Origin: a virus
Reading direction: 5' to 3' (one strand)
Length of the DNA stretch: 64,000 nt
IMG/VR virus record: IMGVR_UViG_3300027987_000212
Span: 64,001 to 128,000 of that record
The notes under the pieces are model-generated. The model worked only from the letters and a program-made list of their open reading frames with translations. It did no database searches and had not been told where the DNA came from. Positions 19,465 through 28,519 of the stretch are shown here, in pieces. The position numbers and the translations under genes were made by a program. Within the stretch, counting starts at the first letter, position 1; each line of letters begins with the position of its first letter.

Positions 19465-19626
19465 TTATCTCCCACCACCGCGCGGACTACCAAGGCCCTT
19501 AACGGTCACCGCTAGTGATGCAGCCGCCAGTAGCACAAATGCCCCAAATACTTTGTGCGGGTACGTTACGGCAGCCAGCCCAACCCACAGTAAGATACCC
19601 AAACCTTCACCTACGTAACGCAGCAT
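19465..19626 (-). CDS. Small two-TM membrane protein
   Basis: two hydrophobic segments. Confidence 0.45.
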   Translation of the reverse strand: MLRYVGEGLGILLWVGLAAVTYPHKVFGAFVLLAAASLAVTVKGLGSPRGGGR

Positions 19627-19641
19627 ATTTGCCTCAAAATC

Positions 19642-19649
19642 GGAGATAA
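19642..19649 (+). promoter_or_regulatory. GGAGATAA motif upstream of lipoprotein operon
   Basis: followed by GAGGAG SD and ATG 19672. Confidence 0.55.
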
Positions 19650-19671
19650 CAGTACTGAGGAGAAACCAACA

Positions 19672-20592
19672 ATGAAGACCAAATACTACAGTCAAGCAGC
19701 TCTAGTCATCATTCTTATCGCCTGCGGCGGAGCTAAAGTAGAGTGGGCACCAGACGCAGCTGCGCAAAACGAGCCAGACATGGAACAACCGGAAGGCGCA
19801 ACCACCTCTACGGAGGCCTGCATGTGTGAGCAAGGCCCGCAAGGTGAACGAGGCCCTCAAGGTGCCCTCGGCCCTACTGGCCCACGAGGCCCTCGGGGCT
19901 CAGTTGGAGCCCCTGGAAGTGCCGGCCCTACTGGCCCACGAGGCCCCCAGGGGGTCCAAGGCCCCGTCGGTGAGCGGGGCGAGAAGGGCGATGTAGGCGC
20001 CAGAGGTGAGCAGGGCATACGAGGCGCAACTGGCCCCATTGGCCCTGCTGGTACGTCTGCGGTATGCTCCCCCAACACGGACGAATGCCCCCCGGGTGTC
20101 CCAGGAGCTAACGGGGTGGATGGTGTCGACGGTGTGGATGGTGTCGACGGGTCCAGCTGCTCTGTCACCGGAGGGGGCACCAGCGCAACCGTAACTTGTA
20201 CGGACGGTACTACGGCAACCCTGACTGCCCCTCAAGGAGCTCAGGGCGTCGAAGGCCCTGCTGGTCCTGCCGGGGTGGTTGGTCCTACCGGGTCGACTGG
20301 CCCCAAGGGCGACAAAGGTGACCCGGGCGCCGACGCCACCTTCAACCCTAGTAGCATCTACGAAGTGTTTGTCGATGGCACTGCCGGACGCGCAGCAAGC
20401 AGCGTCTACGCTTCATGCGACCCCGGCGACATGGTACTCACTGGACGGTGCAAGAGCTTCGGCCTTGCCCTTCGAGAAACCGGGGCCGGGATGGACACCG
20501 ACGGCACCGGAGTCTGGAACTGCGACAACGGGGACAAGAACACTCGACTCACTGTGTTCGCCTATTGCATTGACACCAACGGAGACCACTGA
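19672..20592 (+). CDS. Collagen-like lipoprotein
   Basis: lipobox LIAC; two Gly-X-Y tracts; Cys-containing spacer and C-terminal domain. Confidence 0.8.
   Translation: MKTKYYSQAALVIILIACGGAKVEWAPDAAAQNEPDMEQPEGATTSTEACMCEQGPQGERGPQGALGPTGPRGPRGSVGAPGSAGPTGPRGPQGVQGPVGERGEKGDVGARGEQGIRGATGPIGPAGTSAVCSPNTDECPPGVPGANGVDGVDGVDGVDGSSCSVTGGGTSATVTCTDGTTATLTAPQGAQGVEGPAGPAGVVGPTGSTGPKGDKGDPGADATFNPSSIYEVFVDGTAGRAASSVYASCDPGDMVLTGRCKSFGLALRETGAGMDTDGTGVWNCDNGDKNTRLTVFAYCIDTNGDH
19870..19946 (+). repeat. 23-bp direct repeat within collagen tract
   Basis: GGCCCTACTGGCCCACGAGGCCC at 19870 and 19924. Confidence 0.8.
20116..20150 (+). repeat. 18-nt-period tandem repeat (GVD units)
   Basis: GTGGATGGTGTCGACGG twice. 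Confidence 0.8.
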
Positions 20593-20849
20593 TGACCAAG
20601 CTACTAATACTCTGCAGCCTACTCGCCAGCGCATGCACAGTGAACATTTATGAGCGCAAGACGAGCTACCCTGATTCCACGCAGTACGAGAAGGAAGAGT
20701 CACCACGGTACTACCGTACTGTGTACATGCCTCAACCCGTGTATACGCCACAAGTCGTCGTAGTGCAGCAAAGAACATGGCACCGTAAAGTAGGACCGGT
20801 TCGACTACGTGCTCAAACCACCGTAGTTCAAACTCGAGATTGCCTGTAA
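20592..20849 (+). CDS. Small lipoprotein
   Basis: lipobox ASAC; TGATG coupling to collagen gene. Confidence 0.65.
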   Translation: MTKLLILCSLLASACTVNIYERKTSYPDSTQYEKEESPRYYRTVYMPQPVYTPQVVVVQQRTWHRKVGPVRLRAQTTVVQTRDCL

Positions 20850-20855
20850 GCGGGA

Positions 20856-20883
20856 GGGGAACAGGGTAACCTGTTTCTCTTTA
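20856..20883 (+). terminator. Terminator between convergent genes
   Basis: GGGAACAGG-GTAA-CCTGTTTCT then CTTT. Confidence 0.55.
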
Positions 20884-20884
20884 G

Positions 20885-21694
20885 CTACGCCATGTACTCT
20901 GGGATGTACGAGGTATACCCAGCGTACACTCGTGCATCGTCACTCGTAGCCTCATCTAGAGTATTGAGGTCAATGTCCACCATGACCCCATGCTCCTCGA
21001 TGCTTACCCCCTCGTCGCGCGTGCGCCGTCTTCGTCGTTCCGCAGGACGACCAGCAAACATGATGGACTGCACCGTCATCTGACGTGCACGCTCCCGCAC
21101 AACGTCTGGGTCCAGCCCCACGACATCGCAGATTGACAAGAACGAGGTCAAAGAGCGCCCACCCCGCACGAGGTACTCTTCTCCTTCGATGAGAAACAGC
21201 GCGCGGTGCCGCTCTTCCCAGTCCGGATGCCCAGGACACTCCTCGAACAGCCACACGTAAGCATTGTGCGCCAGTACCTTCAGCGCTGGCTTCTCGTGTT
21301 GTCGGTACAGTACCCAGTCATGTACTGCACGACGTACAACTTCCAAGAGCAACGCGCGGCAGTTACCCGCTTCTACCAAAGGGTCATCCGCCAAGAGCTC
21401 CAGGGACTCGTCTGCGACCTTTAGCGGTTCTGGTATCTTCAAGCGTGTCTCAGAGGTCGCACCCTTTTTTCTGCTCTTGTTGGGAGTGCGTGGTTTACGT
21501 GGGCGTCTCTCAGGTAGGTACTCGACAGGTAACGCGGGCATTGGTGTGCCCATTACTGCGTAAGCAGCACGCAACGTTGCTACCCCCTGCTTCAGAGCTC
21601 GAGAGCACTTCACCAAGTGTTTGAACTGCGCCAAAGTATCGAGCGCAGCACGCGTTGTGTCCACCACAGCGAGTGCTACCTCCACGCGGCTCAT
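20885..21694 (-). CDS. Hypothetical protein, possibly DNA-binding/transcription-related
   Basis: basic linker; LLLEVVRRAVHDWVLY and SFLSICDVVGLDPDVVRERA helical domain. Confidence 0.6.
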   Translation of the reverse strand: MSRVEVALAVVDTTRAALDTLAQFKHLVKCSRALKQGVATLRAAYAVMGTPMPALPVEYLPERRPRKPRTPNKSRKKGATSETRLKIPEPLKVADESLELLADDPLVEAGNCRALLLEVVRRAVHDWVLYRQHEKPALKVLAHNAYVWLFEECPGHPDWEERHRALFLIEGEEYLVRGGRSLTSFLSICDVVGLDPDVVRERARQMTVQSIMFAGRPAERRRRRTRDEGVSIEEHGVMVDIDLNTLDEATSDDARVYAGYTSYIPEYMA

Positions 21695-22575
21695 GCAACC
21701 ACCAGCGCAAACGTGGGCAAACCGGGCTCAGGTATACGAATGATAGTGGTATCCTTGCGCGTAGCCACCAAGTACGTACTACCTGCTACAAGACCAGAGA
21801 TAGTAAGCTGCTCCGCCCCAATAGCTACTGAGGCAATACTCGTATCGGCAACCGTCCAGTTGACGTCGTCACTTGCGGTACCCATCAAGGGTACTCCCGA
21901 AGAAGCCAGAACGGTGGGCGTCACTACCAGCTGCCCCCCGACCGGCACACTGAGTGGGGCGCCAACGTCCAACTGTACGTCGCTCACCACAGGAAACAGC
22001 AAGTCCGGCAAGTTCGCACTGGCTAGGTCTGGAACACGGACGCAACGCGTAGGCGTGGCCTCCATCGATTCAACATTCGCGTTGTAGATGCCTCCACGAA
22101 TCAGGTCGAGTTCCACCCACCCGTTCTCATCCGTGCGCACACGAATACCGCCAGAGACTACGCCAGCCCCCTCTAAGAGAATGGGGTCGAACTCCGCAGA
22201 GAAGCTGAGGTCCAGGTACTTCTTCGGGCCGCCGTTCAACTCGCGGAAGTACCCCGAGCAGCGGCATAGCCGCGCGTCAGTTGCCGCAGGCTGCCCCATT
22301 ACCTCGCCCACAAAGTCAAACGTATATGGCGGAGAGTTGAGTGCCTGTGCTGCAATCGTCATCAACTGCGGCTGCACGAACCGCGTGCCGAATCGGTAGA
22401 ACCGTACCGTGAATGACCCGACAGGCAACAACAGCGCAGCACGCCCCGTTGTGTCCGTGGTACCCTCTGTGTACTGCACCGTACCTGCGGCGTCGTAAAC
22501 ACGAACTAGGACCCCGCTCAATGGGAGGTCCAGCGGGTTTGAGCGCACGTAAACGTCGACTGCCTCCCAGGCCAT
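21691..22575 (-). CDS. Virion protein with beta-sandwich (carboxypeptidase-regulatory-like/Ig-like) domains
   Basis: GVLVRVYD...TDTTGRA.L.LP.G; TDENGW; C-terminal V.WT.AD.SIASV Big-2-like. Confidence 0.6.
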   Translation of the reverse strand: MAWEAVDVYVRSNPLDLPLSGVLVRVYDAAGTVQYTEGTTDTTGRAALLLPVGSFTVRFYRFGTRFVQPQLMTIAAQALNSPPYTFDFVGEVMGQPAATDARLCRCSGYFRELNGGPKKYLDLSFSAEFDPILLEGAGVVSGGIRVRTDENGWVELDLIRGGIYNANVESMEATPTRCVRVPDLASANLPDLLFPVVSDVQLDVGAPLSVPVGGQLVVTPTVLASSGVPLMGTASDDVNWTVADTSIASVAIGAEQLTISGLVAGSTYLVATRKDTTIIRIPEPGLPTFALVVA

Positions 22576-22631
22576 GCTGCCAGAAGGGTGCTAGAACCAG
22601 CGCCCGTTGTCTAGCTCATTGTGGGCGTGCA

Positions 22632-23666
22632 TCAGAGGCTACGGCGTTCTGCCACCACCAAGTCTGGCACCACCGCTTTGAACACGTCAGGTGTAGTACC
22701 TTGCGCGGCACTCAGAATATCGAAGCTCGTCACAGCCGCATCCGTCGGCGTGGTGAACTCCCGGTACAGCGCAGTGCCCGGTATGGAAAGAGAAAAACGC
22801 TGCCCACGCAGAAGGGTGAACGTGGCGAGGCCCGCCGCATCGGTAGCTCGAACGACGGCACCGCCGGAGACCGCGTAGCCATCGACCACCACGCCCGTGA
22901 ACGCCGCATGCACCTGCACCTTTCGTCCCACAACGGGTCGACCCTCCGGGGTCACCAGGCGCACTGTTCCATACACCAAGTTCTCCGCCGCGACGGCCGA
23001 AGCCTGGCTGCCGGGAACCACGGCGGAGTAGCCGCTGTAGAGCCCGCTGGCTGCGTTGAGGAAGCGTGTCCTGTAGAAGTAGCCCAGCGACCCGCGCGGG
23101 TCGCGAAACACATACACGCCCTGTCCTGGAACCAGTTGCGGGCGTGCCTCCTCCCCGTAGTCCCGACTATTCGGCGCCTGAACGGGTAGCGCAAGGACTG
23201 GGGCCGCGTCGCCGCCAAGCACCTCGAGCGACGCGGCCAACCCGACGGCCGATGTCTCTACGACAAAAAGGCCTGCGGCGTCCACGTACGCAAGAATCTT
23301 GCCCAATCCCTGCGCCGTCACCTGCGCCGCCGCCTCCGCAAACGTCAGGGGGTCTGCACCAGTGAACGTGACCGTCAGCTCGTCCGTCCCCACAGCAAAC
23401 TCCAGGCTCTTACTCGAAAGGGCTGCGCTAGCCCCCGTGACCGGCGCACTCGGTTGGTCACCTCCGTACTTGGGTAGCCTCGCAGGGCGCGCGGTAACCG
23501 CGGTAAGTTCTTCGTAAGGACCCACCGCTTCGAGCTCAGCTCGAAACACCTGCAAGCGGTCGTACTTGCCTGCCCACTCTTGGTCATCCACCAGGATTTG
23601 CAGAGAGAGGTCTCGTTCATCTGAAACGTCGGGGGCTTCCTGCGTAGAAACTAGGATGGTAGTCAC
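22632..23666 (-). CDS. Virion protein with beta-sandwich domains
   Basis: TDAAGLATFTLLRG paralogous motif to 21691..22575; leaderless-type promoter. Confidence 0.6.
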   Translation of the reverse strand: MTTILVSTQEAPDVSDERDLSLQILVDDQEWAGKYDRLQVFRAELEAVGPYEELTAVTARPARLPKYGGDQPSAPVTGASAALSSKSLEFAVGTDELTVTFTGADPLTFAEAAAQVTAQGLGKILAYVDAAGLFVVETSAVGLAASLEVLGGDAAPVLALPVQAPNSRDYGEEARPQLVPGQGVYVFRDPRGSLGYFYRTRFLNAASGLYSGYSAVVPGSQASAVAAENLVYGTVRLVTPEGRPVVGRKVQVHAAFTGVVVDGYAVSGGAVVRATDAAGLATFTLLRGQRFSLSIPGTALYREFTTPTDAAVTSFDILSAAQGTTPDVFKAVVPDLVVAERRSL

Positions 23667-23680
23667 CCACCCATTCTACC
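23667..23680 (-). promoter_or_regulatory. GGTAGAAT -10-like element, 6 nt before GTG
   Basis: agGTAGAAT-gggtgg-GTG(23666). Confidence 0.6.
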
Positions 23681-23692
23681 TCGTTCGTGGCG

Positions 23693-24067
23693 TCAGCCAG
23701 TAGCCGCTGGCGAAGTTGCCGTAGCTATTGGCAAGATGACGCCATCCTCTTCGCGCACCTGCTCCTTGGTGAAGTCGATACCATATCGAGCCGCCAAGTC
23801 ATCACGCAATGCAAGTAACTCCTTTGTAGCTGCCTGCACCGCACCTTCTTGCTCTTGTACCTGCTGCAGCAGCTCCTGCACCCTATGTTGCGCTGCTTGC
23901 AGCTCCAACAATTTATTGATGTGCTTGTAGTGCGCGTTCATCACGCGCAGTAAGTCCACTTCAGAAATTCTTCGTGGAGTAGAGGCTATGGGTACCGCGT
24001 CGGCATGCGCTGCCTCGTAAGACGGCTCTACGGGCCCCACCTCAAGTGCATCGGTTGAAGACATCAT
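23693..24067 (-). CDS. Coiled-coil hypothetical protein
   Basis: Q/E/L-rich heptads; ATGA coupling. Confidence 0.6.
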   Translation of the reverse strand: MMSSTDALEVGPVEPSYEAAHADAVPIASTPRRISEVDLLRVMNAHYKHINKLLELQAAQHRVQELLQQVQEQEGAVQAATKELLALRDDLAARYGIDFTKEQVREEDGVILPIATATSPAATG

Positions 24068-24282
24068 TCACCTACCAAAAATTCGTTAATCTTGTCCACT
24101 GTCAGCGCCGAAGCCGACTCCACGGATTCCTGCGCCAATCTTTCTGACCCAGTGCGCCCACGCAGGAGCCTTCTACCAAAGGCTACCTGAGTATTCAACG
24201 CCTTACGCCTAGCTGTGGCCCAATCCCCCACTGCTTGGGCCAACGCATCTAGCCGAGCGTCACGTGCTTCTTTCGAGGCCAT
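24064..24282 (-). CDS. Small hypothetical protein
   Basis: TACACT-6nt-ATG start. Confidence 0.6.
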   Translation of the reverse strand: MASKEARDARLDALAQAVGDWATARRKALNTQVAFGRRLLRGRTGSERLAQESVESASALTVDKINEFLVGE

Positions 24283-24312
24283 CGCCTAAGTGTACGCGTA
24301 CTCGAGGAGCTG

Positions 24313-24927
24313 TCACCGACTTTGCAGAAACTTCTGCACTTTCTTGTAGCTACGCCGATGCTCCGGACACTGTCCGTACTGCTTCATTGCCGCCTTGTGC
24401 TCCTTGGTCACGTACCCCTTGTGCTGGTCAAACCCATACTGAGGGTACGTCCTCGCCAGCTGTATCATGACGCGGTCTCTCCGCACTTTCGCTAGAACGC
24501 TGGCAGCACTCACAGCCGGTACCAGCGCATCTGCGTCAGTCTGAAATGTGCACTCACGAAAGAGATGCTCCCATCCGGGCGGAGGCAGCCCGTCGATTAC
24601 TACTTGTGTGCCCGGTACCGCGGCTAAACCAAGCTGCTTGACCGCGAACATCAGCTCGTACAGTGCTCGGTGTAACCCTAGCTCATCTACCTCTTCCGCC
24701 GTCTTCTGCGCTGTCACGAGGTACACCGCTGCGGGGCCTATGAATTCTGCGAGTACGTCTTGTCGCTTTTGGTGAGCCTTTGTCTTCTTCGTATCGTGGT
24801 AGCTCTTCGAGTCTTTCACCTTCTCATGGGACCAGCCTGCAGGCATGACCGCTCCCCCGACGACGAGGGGCCCGGCACATGCGCCGAACCCAACCTCGTC
24901 GATACCCATTACAAAAGAAGCCATCAC
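24313..24927 (-). CDS. rnhB: Ribonuclease HII
   Basis: GIDEVG.G..AGPLVV, VKDSK, AASVLAKV.RD, YGFDQHKGY.T..H. Confidence 0.9.
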   Translation of the reverse strand: MMASFVMGIDEVGFGACAGPLVVGGAVMPAGWSHEKVKDSKSYHDTKKTKAHQKRQDVLAEFIGPAAVYLVTAQKTAEEVDELGLHRALYELMFAVKQLGLAAVPGTQVVIDGLPPPGWEHLFRECTFQTDADALVPAVSAASVLAKVRRDRVMIQLARTYPQYGFDQHKGYVTKEHKAAMKQYGQCPEHRRSYKKVQKFLQSR

Positions 24928-25607
24928 GGTGATGCCTGAGTAGCCACAGTCTCAGGTGTTGGCACACTCCTACGGGTGAATGTACTTTGAATGACCTCTG
25001 CACCCTCTGCCGTCGTAAGCAACACTTGGGCAGAAGTAGCGCTTGGCGCCATCCTGACTTGCAGCACCAAGTCTCTCTGCACCAACATCTGCTTGCTGTC
25101 CACGTCGTCTGCTGGGTGGTGGCGACAAAAAGCTGTTCCGGTGGCGTAAAAATCGCAGCCACCTACCCGTACACCGTCGCCCGTCTTCACACGAAACTTC
25201 AAGTCGTACGGCGCCGGTGCCTTACCAGTACGACTCGTCCCAGATTCCTCTGCGAACAGCACAAATTCGGGTCCCCACTTAGTAGCCTCGCCTACCCACT
25301 CCGTACCGATGAAAGGTCCCCAGTCGTTTGCACAGGTAAATCCTGCACAAACCGACAGAGGAGGAGGAGGAGGAGGAGGGGGAGCTGCAGTCGTCGCTGC
25401 AGCCACCGGGGCAGCAACTACTGGGTAGATTTCCGTAGCTTCTACGGAAGCTTCTGTGAGTACCGCTCCCGTAGCATCCGCGGCCACGTTCGATACCGTG
25501 CTGCGTACTGCGGGTGGTTGGGCCAGTAAGTACCCTACAAGTAGCGCAGCCAAGACTGCAGCTGCCCATGCACCGTGCGTCAATCGTTGTTCTTTGGTCA
25601 TGTTCAC
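24924..25607 (-). CDS. Membrane-anchored protein with Ala/Pro-rich linker
   Basis: N-terminal TM, poly-Pro from GGA microsatellite near 25358-25384. Confidence 0.6.
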   Translation of the reverse strand: MNMTKEQRLTHGAWAAAVLAALLVGYLLAQPPAVRSTVSNVAADATGAVLTEASVEATEIYPVVAAPVAAATTAAPPPPPPPPLSVCAGFTCANDWGPFIGTEWVGEATKWGPEFVLFAEESGTSRTGKAPAPYDLKFRVKTGDGVRVGGCDFYATGTAFCRHHPADDVDSKQMLVQRDLVLQVRMAPSATSAQVLLTTAEGAEVIQSTFTRRSVPTPETVATQASP

Positions 25608-25612
25608 CTCCG

Positions 25613-26425
25613 TTAAGCTGCAGCCTGCCCCGCTATGAATAATTCATGTGTACGGGGGAATCGATGTTGAATGATGGTACTGACAGCATTGGCGTACTGC
25701 CGAATCTCCCACTGTGCATTGGGCGCCATGCGTAGCGTAAGGAAGTGCAGCCAGTTGCGAAGATTCGCAGAAGCGCGCATGCGCGAGTAGCGCCCAACCG
25801 TTAGAGCGAGCCTAGCCAACTCCTTAGGCACCCCAAGAGCCAGCCCACGTTGGTACAGCTGCTCCCCTTGCTGGTAATACGTGCTCAACTCGTCGAGCCA
25901 CCGCAAGGCGTCGTCCAAAGGCAACGTCTGACCAGGTCCGAGAAGATTCTGAGCCTGCTTGTTGGTACCCGCATTGAGCATCAGCCGGTCGACAGTTGGC
26001 AGGTAGTTCTCGTTCGGGAGTGGGACGTACCTAGCACTCATCTCGTTGTACGACTGAGTCCGATGTCTGTGCCACTCCCGAAATACCATGATGGGGGCAC
26101 TCACCTCGATTACCAGCCCGGCCATCTCGAAGGGGGTAGAGTGCCGATTGTCGTAGAGGTACTTGAGGAGTCGCTCGTCTCCCGGCTTGTCTGCGTCATG
26201 CTGACAAGCGCGTTGTTCTGATGTCGGGTAGTTCGCGGGGTCGAACCCCCCAGCTTCCCTCTCCACCATGCGCAAGCTGCACTTCGAGCAAGAGGGACCC
26301 CAACCAAGAAAGCCCTTGTTGGTACTCATTCGGGCAGCTTCGATGATGCGCTCATCGGAGCCCCAAGACTCGACAAACTGCAGGTACCCGTGGTCTAGCA
26401 GCTCAATTTTAGCTGGCTTCAACAT
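25613..26425 (-). CDS. thyX: FAD-dependent thymidylate synthase
   Basis: HSTPFE, REWHRHRTQSYNEMSARY signature, NLRNWLHFLTLR, AQWEIR. Confidence 0.92.
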   Translation of the reverse strand: MLKPAKIELLDHGYLQFVESWGSDERIIEAARMSTNKGFLGWGPSCSKCSLRMVEREAGGFDPANYPTSEQRACQHDADKPGDERLLKYLYDNRHSTPFEMAGLVIEVSAPIMVFREWHRHRTQSYNEMSARYVPLPNENYLPTVDRLMLNAGTNKQAQNLLGPGQTLPLDDALRWLDELSTYYQQGEQLYQRGLALGVPKELARLALTVGRYSRMRASANLRNWLHFLTLRMAPNAQWEIRQYANAVSTIIQHRFPRTHELFIAGQAAA

Positions 26426-26435
26426 ACTACCTCCT

Positions 26436-27620
26436 TCACTGCGCCTTCTTAGGCTTCTTCTTCCCTGGAGTCAACAAGTCACCCGCCAAGGTCTGAATCT
26501 CCTTCTTGCGGTCTTGTTCTGGTACTAGCTCCGCCACCTTACCCAGCGCATTGGCTGCCCACCAAGCAGTTGCGGTGGCCCCGCGCTTGTCGTCTTGAAT
26601 CACTGGTGGTAGGTCGATGATGTCGCTCTCGCCGTCCAGCATGGTACGCATCAGCTCTACCTCTTTTTTGGTAAGCGTCTGCAGTAGCCGCTTGGAGAGT
26701 AAGTGCCACGGTAGCTCCAACTCGACTGCTGCCTGGATGCTAGCAATGAGTGAGGCAATGACCTGCGGTGACGCAGCTGCGCGAACCGCGTCGCATACAG
26801 CAGACTGGTATGCAGCTAACTCCTTGTCGTACGTTTCTTCGCTGAGCTCGAGGTCCGACTCCTCAATGAGTGCCCCCAAGTGCACTTGCGCCAAGGTGTC
26901 CTCAAGAATGCCAACGGTGTTCGACCCGATACGCATGAAGATGTTGGACACACGCTGCTTACCTGCCCCGAAGTCACTATTTGCATACGCGACCCCAAAG
27001 GCTACGAACTCCCCATCAACTGGCTCGAACACGTAAGGCAGCATGCACTTGACTACCGTCATCACATCGCTGACGCCAGTCTCGATAATCTGCATGCCGC
27101 ACTCCGTACTTGTCTCCAGGAACGGTCGGAGAAGATTGGCCACACTCAACTTTCTGTTGAACGTACGCGAAAGAAAGCCGCGTAGCTCTCCATACACCGT
27201 ACGGTGGAGCATCTTCGCCTTGTTTCGCTTGCGGTCTAAGTACGTACCGCGATGCAACAGCTCATTGAAGTTGTACGCAACTAAGTCATGCCTCCAACGC
27301 TCCTCAGTCGCTACCTGCTTAGTCACGAACGGCATAGGCAACCCTATCACTGCTGCTATCTGACGAAGCGCATGCGGGTGCACCCCAGTTACTGGGAGCG
27401 CTCCACCCGCATACTCCACCTTCAGTCGAGCGTAGTTCTTCCCCTCTACTACGATTATTGTCATAGCATCGGGAGCTACCAACCTATCTACGATGGGCGT
27501 ACTCAGCACCCGTTCGACTACTAGACGCTTTGCCTCCTCCGTAGCGCTCAAGCGCGTTTGGAGCATTGTAGCGTACTGCCTACTAGCCTTGGAACTCGTC
27601 GTTAACTCGTCGTACATCAT
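26436..27620 (-). CDS. DUF932-like phage protein
   Basis: LRGFLSRTF...GVAYANSDFGAG...FMRI...VHLG pattern; start moved to ATG 27620 with GGAG SD. Confidence 0.55.
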   Translation of the reverse strand: MMYDELTTSSKASRQYATMLQTRLSATEEAKRLVVERVLSTPIVDRLVAPDAMTIIVVEGKNYARLKVEYAGGALPVTGVHPHALRQIAAVIGLPMPFVTKQVATEERWRHDLVAYNFNELLHRGTYLDRKRNKAKMLHRTVYGELRGFLSRTFNRKLSVANLLRPFLETSTECGMQIIETGVSDVMTVVKCMLPYVFEPVDGEFVAFGVAYANSDFGAGKQRVSNIFMRIGSNTVGILEDTLAQVHLGALIEESDLELSEETYDKELAAYQSAVCDAVRAAASPQVIASLIASIQAAVELELPWHLLSKRLLQTLTKKEVELMRTMLDGESDIIDLPPVIQDDKRGATATAWWAANALGKVAELVPEQDRKKEIQTLAGDLLTPGKKKPKKAQ

Positions 27621-27628
27621 GCTTCTCC

Positions 27629-27661
27629 AAAAAAGAACGGCCCGCCTTGTGAGCGGGCCGT
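27629..27661 (-). terminator. Rho-independent terminator after sigma gene
   Basis: ACGGCCCGC-7nt-GCGGGCCGT perfect stem followed by TCTTTTTT on minus strand. Confidence 0.8.
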
Positions 27662-27693
27662 CCAACACCTGAGTACCGACGCCGAGTCTACAC

Positions 27694-28476
27694 TCAGATG
27701 TACCTTTTGTACTTGGCTTCTACACGCTTCTTCAGTCGAGAAACCTGGGAAGGGGACTTCCCCATACGTCGCGCAATCTCGCCTGTGGAGGAAACCACGG
27801 GCTTACCGTTACGTCCGAACATGTAGTCAAACACAGTTCGTTCGTCATCACTGTTCAATTCTGCAGGCAGCAGCGCCACTGTCTCCGCGTGCCGCACACT
27901 CTGCAGCGCAGTAGGGTCAGACTCGAAAGCAGAGGACAGTACGTCTGCTCGCTGCAATCCTTGGACTTCTTGAATGAGCTTGGGCGGCTTACCCAAGTGT
28001 GCTCCCAACTCTGCATGGGTCGGCTCACGACCAAACTGCTGCCGGAGCGTATCTGCCGCAACGTTAATCTGCCCGATTAAGTCCGACTTCCCCTCTGGGA
28101 TGTAGGCCATGTTTTGGTAACGCTTATTGGTTCGCGTCGCCCTGTTGATGTGGGTATTTACCCAAGTACGTAGCGTCGCCGGTTTGCCCCCGGGAGCTAC
28201 GTACGACGGGTCAAATCGCTGGAAAGCCTCGATAGCGTTAGACATCATGTTACCGCGCAGCGCTGCCTCTGACACGTTGGGCGCCTTTAGTCGCCCGATA
28301 GTTTTGTTGAAGTCCGAGTCGAACCGGCCCAACAATGCTCCCAGGTTCTGCTTAGACGGGTCCGCTTTCCACTCCTGCCACGCAGTAAAGTCCTGCCTAT
28401 TGCGCTCTGCCGCAGTCTTCTCCGTCTCGTCTAAGTAATCTTGTAGAGGGTCGTGATTGGTAGTCTCGTTGCTCAT
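27694..28476 (-). CDS. Sigma-70 family factor (FliA/SigB-like regions 2-4)
   Basis: AIEAFQRFDP...TLRTWV (region 2), LRQQFGREPTHAELGAHLG (region 3), EIARRMGKSPSQVSRLKKR (region 4 HTH); GGAGG SD. Confidence 0.85.
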   Translation of the reverse strand: MSNETTNHDPLQDYLDETEKTAAERNRQDFTAWQEWKADPSKQNLGALLGRFDSDFNKTIGRLKAPNVSEAALRGNMMSNAIEAFQRFDPSYVAPGGKPATLRTWVNTHINRATRTNKRYQNMAYIPEGKSDLIGQINVAADTLRQQFGREPTHAELGAHLGKPPKLIQEVQGLQRADVLSSAFESDPTALQSVRHAETVALLPAELNSDDERTVFDYMFGRNGKPVVSSTGEIARRMGKSPSQVSRLKKRVEAKYKRYI

Positions 28477-28497
28477 CGCTTCGTACCTCCAAGGGAC

Positions 28498-28505
28498 TTA
28501 TCCCC
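28498..28505 (-). promoter_or_regulatory. GGGGATAA motif upstream of sigma gene
   Basis: in the 43-nt intergenic gap, before the SD. Confidence 0.55.
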
Positions 28506-28519
28506 GACTAGAGGCAAGA

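Noticed and set aside
27621-27668. ORF-track start of the DUF932-like gene
   Set aside because: The extension runs through the terminator hairpin; ATG 27620 has an SD
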